A stretch of DNA of 64,000 bases from an uncultured delta proteobacterium. GTDB lineage: Bacteria > Myxococcota_A > Polyangia > Fen-1088. Position 1 is the first letter of the stretch. Every line of letters begins with the position of its first letter. The stretch lies in assembly GCA_963737265.1 (NCBI GenBank), contig CAVTRY010000021.1, positions 292,600 through 356,599 on the forward strand, in the 5' to 3' direction. Position numbers and translations under genes: made by a program. Shown piece by piece: positions 1-10,819 of this stretch. The notes beneath the pieces were generated by a model that was not told the DNA's origin, made no database searches, and saw nothing but the letters and a program-made list of their open reading frames with translations.

Positions 1-11
1 ACAGAGGCCGG

Positions 12-1994
12 TCACTGGGGTGCCGACTGCGCTCCGCACGTGGCGCTGGCGACAGCGCAGGCACCGGTGGTAAGGCCGCACGCCGCTCCGATTTGGCTGA
101 CCGTATTTGTGTTTCCCGCGGCGAGAACACCACTGCCAGTGATGGCGCCGGAGCAAGATAGGCCACCGAAGCCGTTGTTCTGGATGGTCACCAGACTGAG
201 GTTGGCCGGTCCGGCGGTGGGCGGGTTTTGCGCCAGGATTCCGCCCCATGGGGTCGATCCACCGAATGCCCCTGGTCCGTTTCCGCTCAGGGTGGTGTTC
301 TTGATGTCGAAGGCGGCGCCGTTGAGCAGGATGCCGCCGCCGGGGTTGTTGATGACAGCGCAGGTATCTATGTGGAGGATGACGCTGGAGCCGGAGTCAG
401 GTGAGGCTTTGATACCCATACCAGTTGCCGGGCTTGTGCTTCCCTGGACGGTCAGGTTGCGCAGGTAGATTTCGCCGGAGGTGATCGTCAGAGCGTCGGC
501 TCCGGAAGCCGGGGCGATGACTGCGCTGCTCTTCCCCACGATGGTCAGCGGCGCGGAAACGGCGATGGTTGTGGTGACGCCAAGGGAAGGCGGCGTCAAT
601 GTGCCTCTGATGAGAACCACTGGCTTGGAACCGCTCTTGGCAAGCGTGACGCCGGCCTGGGCCGAACACACCGGCGCTGACGAGCTTCCCGTACCGGTGG
701 TATCCGAACACGTCGTCGTTCCGCTCGGACCGACATAGATCGTCTCCGCATCCGCCGCACAATGACCGTCGGTCATGCATACACCGGGGCCGACGCCGGA
801 GCAGTCGGTGTCGGCGGCACACTTGCGGCAGGTATTCGTCGCGGTGGCACAGATGGGTGTTGTACCCGAGCACTGAGCGTTACTGATGCACCCGACGCAC
901 TGACCTCCCACGGTTGGCGTGGTCGAGGGTGCACATGCCGGGGTTGTACCGGTGCAGGGATTCGTGGCGGCCTTGTCGCAACCGGCACAGGCATTGGAGA
1001 CGCAGAAATGTTTGGCGGCGTTGGCGGTGCACAGGGTGTTGTCGATGCATTCCACGCACTGGCCGGCCAGCGTGCCGGTCATCGGGCACGCGGGTTTACT
1101 GCCGGCGCAGGCGGTTGAGCCCGCATTCTGGCATCCGGTGCATGCGTTGTTCACGCAAAAGCCCTTGGCGGGATCCGTGGTGCAGCCGGCGTTATTGAGG
1201 CATTCCACGCATTGGCCGGTAGAGGTTCCGGTCACTGCACAGGCAACTTTGCCGTCCGGGCGCGCGGAGCATCCAGTTGAACCGGTCGTACCGCACCCGG
1301 TACAGGCGTTGGCCACGCAGAACCCCTTGGCGGGATCCTTGGTGCATTGGGTGTCGGCAGCGCACTCGACGCATTGGCCAACCGAGGTTCCTGCCGCCGC
1401 GCACACGGTCTTGCCGTCGGTTCTCCCGGAACACCCAGTGGCACCAGTTACGCCGCAACCCACGCAGGCACCGAGTACGCAGAATCCCTTTGCAGGATCC
1501 ACCGCGCACTGGGCGTCTGCCGTGCAACCCACGCACTTGCCGCTCGTCAAGTCGCACGCGGGCGTTGGTGCCGCGCAGGCATTCACTCCGGCGGTTTGGC
1601 AACCCACGCATACATCCGCCACGCAGAAGGCTTTCGTTGGGTCGGTGCAGTCGCTGTTGACACTGCACGTTCCGGCGGCGTCCGGGACGGCAAGATCGGC
1701 AGCCACGTCCGGCACGATGGCAAGATCGATGCTGGCATCGACTATCTCGCGCGAAACGTCTGCGTGGACATCCGGTCCGGCCGGACCGTCTGCTGGCGTG
1801 CCGCTATCGCCACACGCCGGCCCCGAGCAAACGCACATGTGCCAGGTCGGTACGGCCTGGTCGGCAAGTTGGCATGCCTGGCCTGACTTGCAATCGCTTG
1901 TGCTCTCGCAGTAGCCGTCTTTCAGGCGCGTGGGCAACCAGCCGCATGCGCCAAGCAGCGCCACCCCGATGACGACGAACGTTCGCTCGCTCAC
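12..1994 (-). CDS. Cys-rich repeat lipoprotein with C-terminal beta-helix-like domain
   Basis: GTG at 1994 after GGGGAGG; lipobox-like LLGAC; tandem repeats such as CVECxxxxxCTxDPAKGFCVxNACTGC; C-terminal ETIYV...ITSGEIYLRNLTV beta-rich region. Confidence 0.75.
   Translation of the reverse strand: MSERTFVVIGVALLGACGWLPTRLKDGYCESTSDCKSGQACQLADQAVPTWHMCVCSGPACGDSGTPADGPAGPDVHADVSREIVDASIDLAIVPDVAADLAVPDAAGTCSVNSDCTDPTKAFCVADVCVGCQTAGVNACAAPTPACDLTSGKCVGCTADAQCAVDPAKGFCVLGACVGCGVTGATGCSGRTDGKTVCAAAGTSVGQCVECAADTQCTKDPAKGFCVANACTGCGTTGSTGCSARPDGKVACAVTGTSTGQCVECLNNAGCTTDPAKGFCVNNACTGCQNAGSTACAGSKPACPMTGTLAGQCVECIDNTLCTANAAKHFCVSNACAGCDKAATNPCTGTTPACAPSTTPTVGGQCVGCISNAQCSGTTPICATATNTCRKCAADTDCSGVGPGVCMTDGHCAADAETIYVGPSGTTTCSDTTGTGSSSAPVCSAQAGVTLAKSGSKPVVLIRGTLTPPSLGVTTTIAVSAPLTIVGKSSAVIAPASGADALTITSGEIYLRNLTVQGSTSPATGMGIKASPDSGSSVILHIDTCAVINNPGGGILLNGAAFDIKNTTLSGNGPGAFGGSTPWGGILAQNPPTAGPANLSLVTIQNNGFGGLSCSGAITGSGVLAAGNTNTVSQIGAACGLTTGACAVASATCGAQSAPQ
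790..1680 (-). repeat. Intragenic Cys-rich tandem repeats (~50-55 aa units)
   Basis: Recurrent DPAKGFCV / GQCVEC motifs in the protein; recurring ccccttggcgggatcc-like DNA; boundaries approximate. Confidence 0.8.
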
Positions 1995-1996
1995 GA

Positions 1997-2887
1997 CTAA
2001 AACCTCCCCGCCACGCTGATGGTTCCTGGTCCGACCGCGACGCTGCCTTGCTCGCGCACCTTGTAGATGTACCAACCGCCGCCCGCCAGGATGGCGGCGA
2101 CGCCGATCCCGGTGCCGGCGATTCCTATTCCACGCGTACTGTAGACCTTGCCGCAGGTGCTGGACCAGCAGGCGCCGCCTTGTTTTCCATCGACCGCCCA
2201 AAGGCCGACGCCGATGCCGGTGACCAGGGCGCCCGCGCCCACCAGGACCCAAGGTGCGATGATTCGTTCTGGCGGCGGCGAAGCAGGCGACTGTGCTGCG
2301 ACGCCAGCCGGTTGGGTTTGCGCCGGGTTAGGTGGTTTGATTCCGTCGATCCGTCCCGGCTGGGTGAGTGGCCCCGGATTCGGCAGCGGTGCAGGCGCGG
2401 CGGCCAGACGCTCGGCCTCGGCAACCAGGGCTTTGCGGACGTTGATGCCCACGGTTCCCGCGAACTCGGGCCCCGAGCACAGCTCGCACGAGCTAGCAAA
2501 TTGCGCCGTCCAACCGTCTTGGCCGTTTCTGACGTTCCTGCCCCAAAGCTTGACGGTGATGCTGTAGCCAGCATTGGTGTAGCTGCCTTCGACGGAAAGG
2601 ACGGTCGCGACCTTCTCCCGATCCGCGATCTCGCGCGGGCAGTCCTTGACGCCGCAACTGCTCGCGCCGTCTTCCGCCTTGATGGCCGTCCAGCCGCTGT
2701 CCCGCGCCGCGGACTCGATTTCGTCCCAAACATTGGCGCGATACCTCTGCAGCTTCGGGGGGAGCGTGATGTCTCGCCCGACGACGACGCGCTTCGCGCC
2801 CGGGTCGGCTGCCGCGGCCGAGATCCCCCCGGCCGTCGCTAGCATCAGCGTCAGCGACAGAAGCACCATCTTTTCACTCTTGGTCAT
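1997..2887 (-). CDS. Secreted/membrane hypothetical protein
   Basis: Signal peptide MTKSEKMVLLSLTLMLATAGG; CxxxxC motifs; Pro-rich linker; two C-terminal hydrophobic segments. Confidence 0.7.
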   Translation of the reverse strand: MTKSEKMVLLSLTLMLATAGGISAAAADPGAKRVVVGRDITLPPKLQRYRANVWDEIESAARDSGWTAIKAEDGASSCGVKDCPREIADREKVATVLSVEGSYTNAGYSITVKLWGRNVRNGQDGWTAQFASSCELCSGPEFAGTVGINVRKALVAEAERLAAAPAPLPNPGPLTQPGRIDGIKPPNPAQTQPAGVAAQSPASPPPERIIAPWVLVGAGALVTGIGVGLWAVDGKQGGACWSSTCGKVYSTRGIGIAGTGIGVAAILAGGGWYIYKVREQGSVAVGPGTISVAGRF

Positions 2888-2966
2888 CGTGGCTCCTTCA
2901 ACCCCATGGCGCGGCATCCTGCCCGGATTCAGGGGCCTGGTCAAAAACGAACGGGACGCCATCCCG

Positions 2967-4836
2967 CTAGGGATTCGCTATCGACTCGCGAGTGCGCGCG
3001 AGAAGCTCGCGCGCTTCGCGATTCTTGGCATCGTCCGCCAGAGCCTTCGTAAACTCCATCTCCGCTGCCTTCAGATCTTGCATCTTCAGCAAGAGCCGCC
3101 CGGCCAGAATGTGCGCCGTGGCACCGCCGCCAGCAGGTGCCGCCAAGCGCGCCAGGCGAAGGGCTTCGGCGAAATTGCCATAGCCGAGTTGCGTTCTGGC
3201 TTCCTCCAAGAGGGCGTCACCGCCTTGCCTGGGTTGGCCTGGCACCGCGCTGCGAACGGGCGGGGAACGAGGTTCGATCATCGGATGCGGCCGGACTGCC
3301 TTACCAGTCGCGGACGTGGGTGTCCGAGCTGTCACCGACACCCCACGCTCAGGACTCGGCAGGCTTGCGGACGGCAGGGATGGCGGGGCGACGACGGGCG
3401 GAAGGAGCAGTGGCGACGGTGCGGTGGCAACCGGTGGGGTAGCAACCAAAGACGGCTGTGGCATGGGGCGGGTTATCGGAGGATTCACAGAGCTGCCGCG
3501 GCTGAAAGCCACGAACAGGGCAAAGCTCACAGCGGCGGACGCGCCGAACGCCAGCACAATCACCCGGCGCCAATTCCTTCTCGGGATTGGCACGATTTCG
3601 TCGCTCGTCGGCGGTGGCACTGAAGACGTGTCCATCGATCGCTCCCGTCGCCCGTCCGGCTGCGCAGCCCGCCCGCTTCGTTTCTCCTCGCTTACAGAGC
3701 CCGCGCGATGCGCGCTCGTCGCGCCTCGCGGGCGGGCTTGCTCGCTCGGCCGGGGCTCGGTCTGCGATTGATAGACACGTCTTGACTCGGCCACGGTGTC
3801 GCCGGCCACAATCACTTGCGGCGGCGGCGCTAAAACCGGGGCATCGTCGAGCAGCGGCCGGCCTTCTTCGAGCAGCTTGGACAGAAGGTTCCCGGCGAGC
3901 CGGCTGGTGTTGCGGAAGATGAGGTTCGCCACCGCGGCCTTGCCGGCGAAGCCTTCGGGGACGTGGCGGCCGGCGGCTCGCGCCAGCTCGGCGGCAGTCT
4001 GGAAGCGCAGGTTGGGATCGGGATCGGTGGCCCTGGCGACTACCTGGTCCAGCTCGTGACTGACCTCGGGGTTGAAGGCAGACGGCGGGACAAAGCGATC
4101 GCTCGACACGGTTCGGTTGGCCTTGGTCGAGCCGGGTTCTCGGCGAGTCAGAATGTACCAGTAAAGCAATCCGAGGGTGTAGATGTCGGCCCGGCGGTTG
4201 AGCTTGGCGCCATGGAAGAGCTCGGGCGCCAGCCAGTCGGCCTTGCCGATGACGCCCCGCTGGGTCAGGCCGTCGTCGCGCTTGGTGGCCTTGGCCACGC
4301 CGAAGTCGATCAGCTTGACCTCGCCGGTGTTGGCCAGCATGACGTTGTCGGGCGTGACATCCCGGTGCATGCAGACCCCTGTCTTCGAAATCGTGCAAGT
4401 ACGCCAGCGCCCGCGCCACCTCGGCCACGATGTGCGAGGCCAGCGCAACGGCGATGACCTCGCCCGCCGCCTCTACCCGCGGAACCAGGTTGCGCAGGTT
4501 CATGCCGTCGATGAACTCCTGCACCAGGTACGGTCCGTGCTCGTCGCCGACCGCGAAGGTCTTGGCAATCGAGGGATGGGCGAGCGCCGTGGTGATCTCG
4601 GCCTCGTGCCTGAACCGCGCCTCGATCTCGGGCAGGTGCTCGTTGGAGAAATCGGACCAGCCGCTGCCCACCTGTTTGACGACACAGAACTTCTCCGCTC
4701 CCTTGGGTCCCATGAGCGCCAGGTACACGCTGCCCATGCCGCCCTCGCCGAGGAAGCTGACGATGACGTACGGACCAAGCCGGCGCGGGAATTTGGCGTG
4801 GTCCGCGGGAAGCATAGGGGCGAGTTCGCTAGGCAT
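2967..4836 (-). CDS. Hanks-type Ser/Thr protein kinase with TM segment and C-terminal TPR-like region; +1 frameshift near 4371
   Basis: LGEGGMGSVY and VVKQ in ORF 3349-4836; HRDVTPDN, DFG, APE and ADIY in ORF 2967-4448; frames join near 4371. Confidence 0.85.
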
Positions 4837-5331
4837 CGGTCACTTGGGTTCTGGTGCGAAATCTGGCTGCGCGATAGGCGCGGATTGGTTTTCGGGCATT
4901 GGGCGGCGCGGCTGAAAAATAGGGCAGAGGGAGCCTACCACGACGCACAGGATGGTTCCGAGGACAGCCTCTTTGAGATATCCGAGCTGGAGCTCGCTGC
5001 GGAGGGGAAGGGACGGGAACGGGCAGCCTCAGAGATTCTTCTCGACCCTTTCAAAGAGCAAAATGTAGCTAGGCACATTACCGAGCCAGCGCCATTCCCA
5101 GAACGTATCGACCGGGCGGTAGTTGGCCCTGAGCTCCAAGCAACGCCCGCTCGGCGGTGCGCCGGAAGTTCCACACGTGGTTGCTGACGTCCAACAAGAA
5201 CTGGCATCCTATTCGGAGCAGGCAGAGTCAACAGAAATTCGGCGTCGTCGGTCGACGAACGCCTTTCCCGGCTGACACGCCGAGCGGCGCCTGCCTATTT
5301 CTCGGCGGCGTGACCGATCCGCGCTAGCCAG

Positions 5332-6355
5332 CTATTGCTGCTCTCTGGTCTTCTGCTGGGGCAGCGGCCGCGTGCGCGGGTGGCGGGTGCTGAAGGCGGG
5401 CTTTTGGTTGGGGTCGCAATTGGGACCGAAACCGTCGGCTTTGAAATCGTAGCCCAGTCGGCCGCGCATCATGCCCTTGACGGCTTCGATTTCCACGTTG
5501 TGGTGGCCCGCGCGCGCCGGCGAGCAGTAGGAAAACAGATAGTAGCGCCGGGAGAATCCTTCGATGCGCTGGGCGATTTCGTCGAAGCCGCGGCGGATGT
5601 CGGCGGGGTTCTTGGAGGTGAACGTTCCGTTGCGACCGATGGCGCGGATTCTCTGATCGTTGACCTCGGAGCCCACCGCAATGGCGTAGACCTCGACGTT
5701 CGAGCTCGCTCAGGGCGGCGTGCAAGGCTTCCTTGGAAACGCGCGACGCGTGGTCGGTGCCGTCGGTAAACACGACCAAGGTTCCGAAGCGCAGCGGCAT
5801 CGGCGACTGGCTCATCTGGCGATCGAGAATCCTGATGGCTTCGACCACGGCGCCGTTGAGGTTCGTGGAAGGATCGCGAGACTGGAATCCGGCGAAGGCC
5901 CTGATGGTGCCTTGGGGATTGGTAGCGCCAAATGGGGATATCGGCGTCACGTGCGGACTGCCGTCGAAGGCGTAAATCCCAAGCTTTTGGTAGCGTCCGA
6001 CCTGTTGGGCGAACGACGCCGCTCCGGCCACGACCTTGTCCAAGTCGGGCGACGCCGAGACGCTGCCGCTCATGTCGACCAGCAGCAGCGTGTAGTGCGC
6101 CGCCGCGACCTCGGGCTGCAAAATGGTTTGCCTGCTTTCAAAAACCGACACCGGAGCGCCGTCCTCGTAGATGTGAAAATCGGAGGGCGTCAGATTCGGC
6201 ACGGGATCGCCACGCGTCGTGTCCACGGTGAAGTAGACGGCGATGTTCGACGGCCGCTCTACCGAGCGGTCGACCATCTGCAATTTCAGACCGGCGCACC
6301 CCGCAAACAGGACTGCCGCGGTTAGCGAGACGAGGGAAAGGGGACTTGGGCGCAT
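5332..6355 (-). CDS. VWA-domain lipoprotein; +1 frameshift near 5700
   Basis: Lipobox FAGC; MIDAS DMSGS; FTDG; continuation VEVYAIAVG...RYYLFSYCSPARAG in the next frame. Confidence 0.8.
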
Positions 6356-6475
6356 GGCGAGAAGTATAGACCTGGCGAATGTGCTAAAAACAAGGCATCT
6401 TTCGTCGACAGGATCCCAGCGCCCGGCATTCTTCGGGACGGATTTTTTGCCAAATCTCAAGCGTCGGAGCTGCCC

Positions 6476-8659
6476 ATGGCTGCATTCGGAAACCTAACGC
6501 TTTTAGTCTCCTTTGTTGTCGCCACGATGGCGGGCGTCGCCTCGTTCGTCGGCATTCGCCGCGACTCGGAACGGCTGCTGCGTGCGGGACGCGCCGCGGT
6601 CTACTTGCTCGCTGCCACGCTCTCCATGGCCATCGCGACCATGGTGCACGCCTTCATGTCGAGCGATTTCTCGATCAAGTACGTCCAGCACTACTCGGAG
6701 GCTGCGCAGCCCTTCGCCTACAAGATCACCGCCGTGTGGGGCGGCCTCGATGGATCGCTGCTGTTCTGGGTCTTTCTGCTGGCCATCTGTTCGGCCGTGG
6801 CGGTGCGGGCCGTGTATCGCCGCGATCGAGCCATCGCCGCCTACGGCACCGTGGTGCTGATGGCGGTGTGCGATTTCTTCATCTACCTGGTGGTGTTCGA
6901 AAAGAACCCCTTCGACACCTTCCTGGTCTCGGCCCCCGCCAGCGGCCAGGGCATGAACCCGCTCTTGCAGAATCCCTACATGGTCGCGCACCCGCCGTCG
7001 CTCTATTCGGGCTTCGTGGGGCTAACCATTCCGTATGCCTTCGCCATGGGCGCGCTCATGGCGGGAAGATTCAACAACGCCTGGCTGCCGCTGGCCAAGC
7101 GCTGGTTGTTCGCGGCCTGGCTGGTGCTGACCCTGGGGCTGACCCTCGGCATGATCTGGGCCTACGAGGTTCTCGGTTGGGGCGGTTTCTGGGCCTGGGA
7201 TCCGGTGGAAAACGCGGGCCTTTTGCCGTGGCTCATGGCCACCGCGCTCATCCACTCGGCCAAGGTTCAAGAGCGGCGCGGGATCTTCGTGCGCTGGAAC
7301 TTCACCCTGGTGATCTTCGCGTTCTTCCTCACCATCGTCGGCACCTTCATGACCCGCTCGGGAATCGTGCAATCCGTGCACGCCTTCGGCAAGGATATCC
7401 ATCTCGCCTACGTCTTCGGCGCGTTCATGGTCGCCATACTCGCCTTCAGCTTCGGCCTCATGGCCTGGCGGCGCAAGGAGCTGCGCGCAATCGAAAAAAT
7501 CGGCTCCATGCTCTCGCGCGAGGCCATGTTTGCCATGGGCAACTGGTTCTTCGTGCTGGCCACCGCCGTCGTGCTGTTCGCGACCCTGTTTCCCACCCTG
7601 TCGGAAACATTCATTCACCAGCGCATCGACGTCACGGCGGCCTTCTTCAATCGCACCATGGTGCCCATCGGCATCGTGCTGCTGCTCTTGACCGGAACTG
7701 GATCGCTCTTCACCTGGCGCGGAATGGAAAAGACCATGGCACGCCGGCGCGCGCTCTTGCCCATCGCCGCGGGCGCGGCGACTCTCGTGCTGCTGGGCGG
7801 GCTCACGCACGCAAGGAAATCTCCCGCCGCGCTGCTCTGCTTCGCGGTCTGCGCCTTCGTGGCGGCTGTGATCGTTCAGGAACTGATTCGTGGCGGACGC
7901 AGCCGGCAGAAGGCGAGCGGCGGTTCCTTCGTCGTGTCCATGGCGAGCGTGATCTTCCGCGCGCGCCAGCCCCATGCGGGATACATCGTTCACATGGGCC
8001 TCGTGCTCATGTTCGTGGGCTTTGCCGGCCAGGCCTTCCAGCACGAAGAGACCGCCGTCATTTCTGCCGGCCAAACCAAGGATTTCGGTGGCTACAAGCT
8101 GCGCTTCGACGGTATGACCCAGGACCGCGATCTCATCAAGGAAACCTACCGTGCCGACATCGCGGTGTCGTCGTCCAGCAACCGATTTCTCGGCCGCCTG
8201 CAACCCGGGCGTGAATTCTACGAACAGCGACCCAACGAGCCCGTGAGCCAGGTCGCCATCCGGCGCGGCCTCGACGAGGATCTCTACATCACACTCGGCA
8301 GCTACGATGAAGCCCGGCGCGCGGTCGCGCTCAAGCTCGTGACCAATCCGCTCGTGGACTGGCTGTGGCTGGGCTTCCTGGTGATTGCCTTCGGCTCGCT
8401 GCTGATCCTGGCGCCGGGGCGAGCGCAGGAAGCGCCGGCCCGCCAGGTCGTGTGGTCGCAGGTCGCGGGCGCGCTCAGCGTGGCCGCCGTCGTGGCGATC
8501 CTCGGAAAAACCGTTCTGCACATGCCCACCTCCGCGCAGCTCGTGACGCTCTCTTTGTGCGGACTGACGGTCGGCCTCGCCGGGCTGGCGTGTTATCGTA
8601 TGGTGCAGTCGTTGCTCGTGCCGTTGCCCAGCGAAAACACCAGCCCGGAAGTGCCGTGA
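6476..8659 (+). CDS. ccmF: Cytochrome c maturation heme lyase subunit CcmF
   Basis: WGGLDGSLLFW, HPP, WGGFWAWDPVEN (WWD motif), TRSGIVQSVHAF. Confidence 0.93.
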   Translation: MAAFGNLTLLVSFVVATMAGVASFVGIRRDSERLLRAGRAAVYLLAATLSMAIATMVHAFMSSDFSIKYVQHYSEAAQPFAYKITAVWGGLDGSLLFWVFLLAICSAVAVRAVYRRDRAIAAYGTVVLMAVCDFFIYLVVFEKNPFDTFLVSAPASGQGMNPLLQNPYMVAHPPSLYSGFVGLTIPYAFAMGALMAGRFNNAWLPLAKRWLFAAWLVLTLGLTLGMIWAYEVLGWGGFWAWDPVENAGLLPWLMATALIHSAKVQERRGIFVRWNFTLVIFAFFLTIVGTFMTRSGIVQSVHAFGKDIHLAYVFGAFMVAILAFSFGLMAWRRKELRAIEKIGSMLSREAMFAMGNWFFVLATAVVLFATLFPTLSETFIHQRIDVTAAFFNRTMVPIGIVLLLLTGTGSLFTWRGMEKTMARRRALLPIAAGAATLVLLGGLTHARKSPAALLCFAVCAFVAAVIVQELIRGGRSRQKASGGSFVVSMASVIFRARQPHAGYIVHMGLVLMFVGFAGQAFQHEETAVISAGQTKDFGGYKLRFDGMTQDRDLIKETYRADIAVSSSSNRFLGRLQPGREFYEQRPNEPVSQVAIRRGLDEDLYITLGSYDEARRAVALKLVTNPLVDWLWLGFLVIAFGSLLILAPGRAQEAPARQVVWSQVAGALSVAAVVAILGKTVLHMPTSAQLVTLSLCGLTVGLAGLACYRMVQSLLVPLPSENTSPEVP

Positions 8660-10098
8660 TCCGAACAAAGAATCTCCTTTCCACCATCGTCCTCGGACTT
8701 GGCGCGACAGCCATAGTCGCGCCCGGTGCAAGCTGGGCACAAGACCCGCCGCCCGATCACAGCAGCGCTTCCGCCGAACCCCTGTTCGTGCAAGACCTGC
8801 CGGCGGGAACCATCACCGTCCGCATCTCGCGTCCGTCGATGACGGAGCCGATCGTGAATGTCCAAGTGACCGGTTCGTGGACGGCCAAGGACGGCAAAGC
8901 GCGGTTCCAAGCCGTGAAGACCGGCGCCGATGGTCGAGCATCGTTCGCAGGTATTCCCGCCGGCAGCAGCTTTCGTGCACAGGCCAGCGTCGACGGCGAG
9001 GCGCTGTCGACGCCGACCTTCACCGTTCCGGACAGCGGGGGCACGCGTCTTCTTCTGATAGCCAGCGGCGGTGCGCCACGATCCGCCGACGAGATGGTCC
9101 CAGGCGCAAGCCTCGGCAAGACGAAGGACAACAAAACGCTCGCCGTGCGCTCGGGGAAGGTTGAACCCCGCGAGGGTATGCCCGCGGGAACCGTGGAGGT
9201 TCGCGTTTTCGCGGCCGATGGAAAAGCGATTGCCGGATTGACCGTCAACTTGGGTAGAGCCGATCCCGGAAAGACGAGCGTGGAATTCCAGCGCGCGGTG
9301 ACCGACGAATCTGGAACAGCCCGTTTTTCGGATCTCAAGGCAAGTGGAAGCTCGCCCTACGCTGCGGTGGTTGAGCGCGACGGCATGCGGGTGGGGACAG
9401 AGGCCTTTCTCCTCGGCGGCGACGTCGGCTCCTCGGGCGAAATCCATGTTCCCGCCAAAACCAGCGATCTCTCCGTGCTGCGTATTTCCCCGGACTCGCG
9501 CATGATGGTAGAGGTACGCGAAGACGCCTTGAGCGTTCTCCAGAATCTGATCGTGGAAAACACGTCTGACAAAGTATTCGACCCGGGGCCGAGCGGGCTC
9601 TTTATCCCGTTGCCCGGGGGATTTGCCGGGGCGGAGAAACTGCCCGGCGGAGCCGACGTCGATCTCAAAGAAGGAGTTGGCGCCTTTCTCCACACGCCGT
9701 TGCCGCCCGCCCAGTCGGTGGGAGCCTTGGCCCAGGTGCGCCTGGGCTATCTACTGACGACGCACGAAACGGCCGACTATGAATTCGTCCATCCCATGCC
9801 GCTTGGGATGGCGGGAGGCATCGTGATGGTGCCTGGGGAAACCCCCGTCACGCTTTCCGCTCCTGGCTTGCGCACACGACCCCCGGAACGCGACGACAAC
9901 GGCAACGAGCTACGCATGTACGATCTCGATGCCGTCCCGCCGGGGCAAGCCTTGCGCTTGACGGTGCGCGGGCTTCCCACGCGCGAGCAGGCGGGCAAGT
10001 GGATCGCGGCGACGCTGGCCGGGTTGTTGGTCGCGGCGGGGATCGTCGGCGCGCGGCGCCCCAGACCTAGCGTGGCTGCCGGAGGAAAAGCCGGGTGA
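8656..10098 (+). CDS. Secreted, C-terminally anchored protein with carboxypeptidase-regulatory-like beta domains
   Basis: GTGA overlap with ccmF; signal peptide; KTGADGRASF and VTDESGTARF repeats; C-terminal TM followed by RRPR. Confidence 0.7.
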   Translation: MIRTKNLLSTIVLGLGATAIVAPGASWAQDPPPDHSSASAEPLFVQDLPAGTITVRISRPSMTEPIVNVQVTGSWTAKDGKARFQAVKTGADGRASFAGIPAGSSFRAQASVDGEALSTPTFTVPDSGGTRLLLIASGGAPRSADEMVPGASLGKTKDNKTLAVRSGKVEPREGMPAGTVEVRVFAADGKAIAGLTVNLGRADPGKTSVEFQRAVTDESGTARFSDLKASGSSPYAAVVERDGMRVGTEAFLLGGDVGSSGEIHVPAKTSDLSVLRISPDSRMMVEVREDALSVLQNLIVENTSDKVFDPGPSGLFIPLPGGFAGAEKLPGGADVDLKEGVGAFLHTPLPPAQSVGALAQVRLGYLLTTHETADYEFVHPMPLGMAGGIVMVPGETPVTLSAPGLRTRPPERDDNGNELRMYDLDAVPPGQALRLTVRGLPTREQAGKWIAATLAGLLVAAGIVGARRPRPSVAAGGKAG

Positions 10099-10102
10099 CG
10101 GC

Positions 10103-10819
10103 ATGAGCCTGCGCCACCTGCGCGTGGCCAATCTCAGCAAGACCTACGGCCGGCAGCGCGCTCTCGTCGACGTTTCACTCGCCTTCGCGCCGGGGGAAGG
10201 CACGGCCATCGTCGGTCCCAATGGCGCCGGCAAGACTACCTTGCTGGCCATTCTTTCTACCCTCGTGCGACCCACGAGCGGGGCAATTTCCCTCGGCGAT
10301 GAGGCCCTTTCCGGCAATCCCGCCGCGCGCGGGACCATCGGTTACGTGGGACATGAGCCTGGCGTTTATCCCGAGCTTTCCGCACGACAGAACTTGCGAC
10401 TGTTCGCTTCGCTCTACGATTTGACCGATGCCGAGGATCGCATCGAGGCGATGCTCAAGCGCGTCGACCTCGCGGACGTGCGCTCCGATTTACCGGCGCG
10501 GGCGTATTCGCGAGGCATGCTGCAACGTCTGGCGCTGGCACGCGCGCTCTTGCACAGCCCGGAAATCCTTCTCTTCGACGAACCATCTTCCGCCCTCGAT
10601 CCCATGGGCGCGCGCTGGCTGGTCGACGAGCTCTTGCGCGAGCGTCGGGCAGGCCGGCTGGTCGTGCTGGTCACGCACGATCTCGATGCGGCCGCGCAAG
10701 TGGCCAGTCACCTCGTCGTCATTCGCCGGGGCCGCGTCGCGCTCGATCGGACGCAGCCCGACGGTTTCGCTGTTGCAGAGGTGCGCACGCTCTACGAGGA
10801 GGCCTTGCGTGACAGCTAG
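10103..10819 (+). CDS. ccmA: Heme exporter ATP-binding subunit CcmA
   Basis: Walker A GPNGAGKT, signature YSRGMLQR, LLFDEP; operon context. Confidence 0.88.
   Translation: MSLRHLRVANLSKTYGRQRALVDVSLAFAPGEGTAIVGPNGAGKTTLLAILSTLVRPTSGAISLGDEALSGNPAARGTIGYVGHEPGVYPELSARQNLRLFASLYDLTDAEDRIEAMLKRVDLADVRSDLPARAYSRGMLQRLALARALLHSPEILLFDEPSSALDPMGARWLVDELLRERRAGRLVVLVTHDLDAAAQVASHLVVIRRGRVALDRTQPDGFAVAEVRTLYEEALRDS

Noticed and set aside
4840-4899. Short in-frame ORF (MPENQSAP...EPK*) just upstream of the kinase start
   Set aside because: Only 19 codons, no clear RBS and no support for readthrough; may be chance
7022-8740. Long antisense and alternate-frame ORFs (e.g. 7022-8740, 25475-27175, 38120-39658, 47455-48798, 54627-56891)
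   Set aside because: Shadows of well-supported genes in high-GC DNA; no motifs or plausible composition
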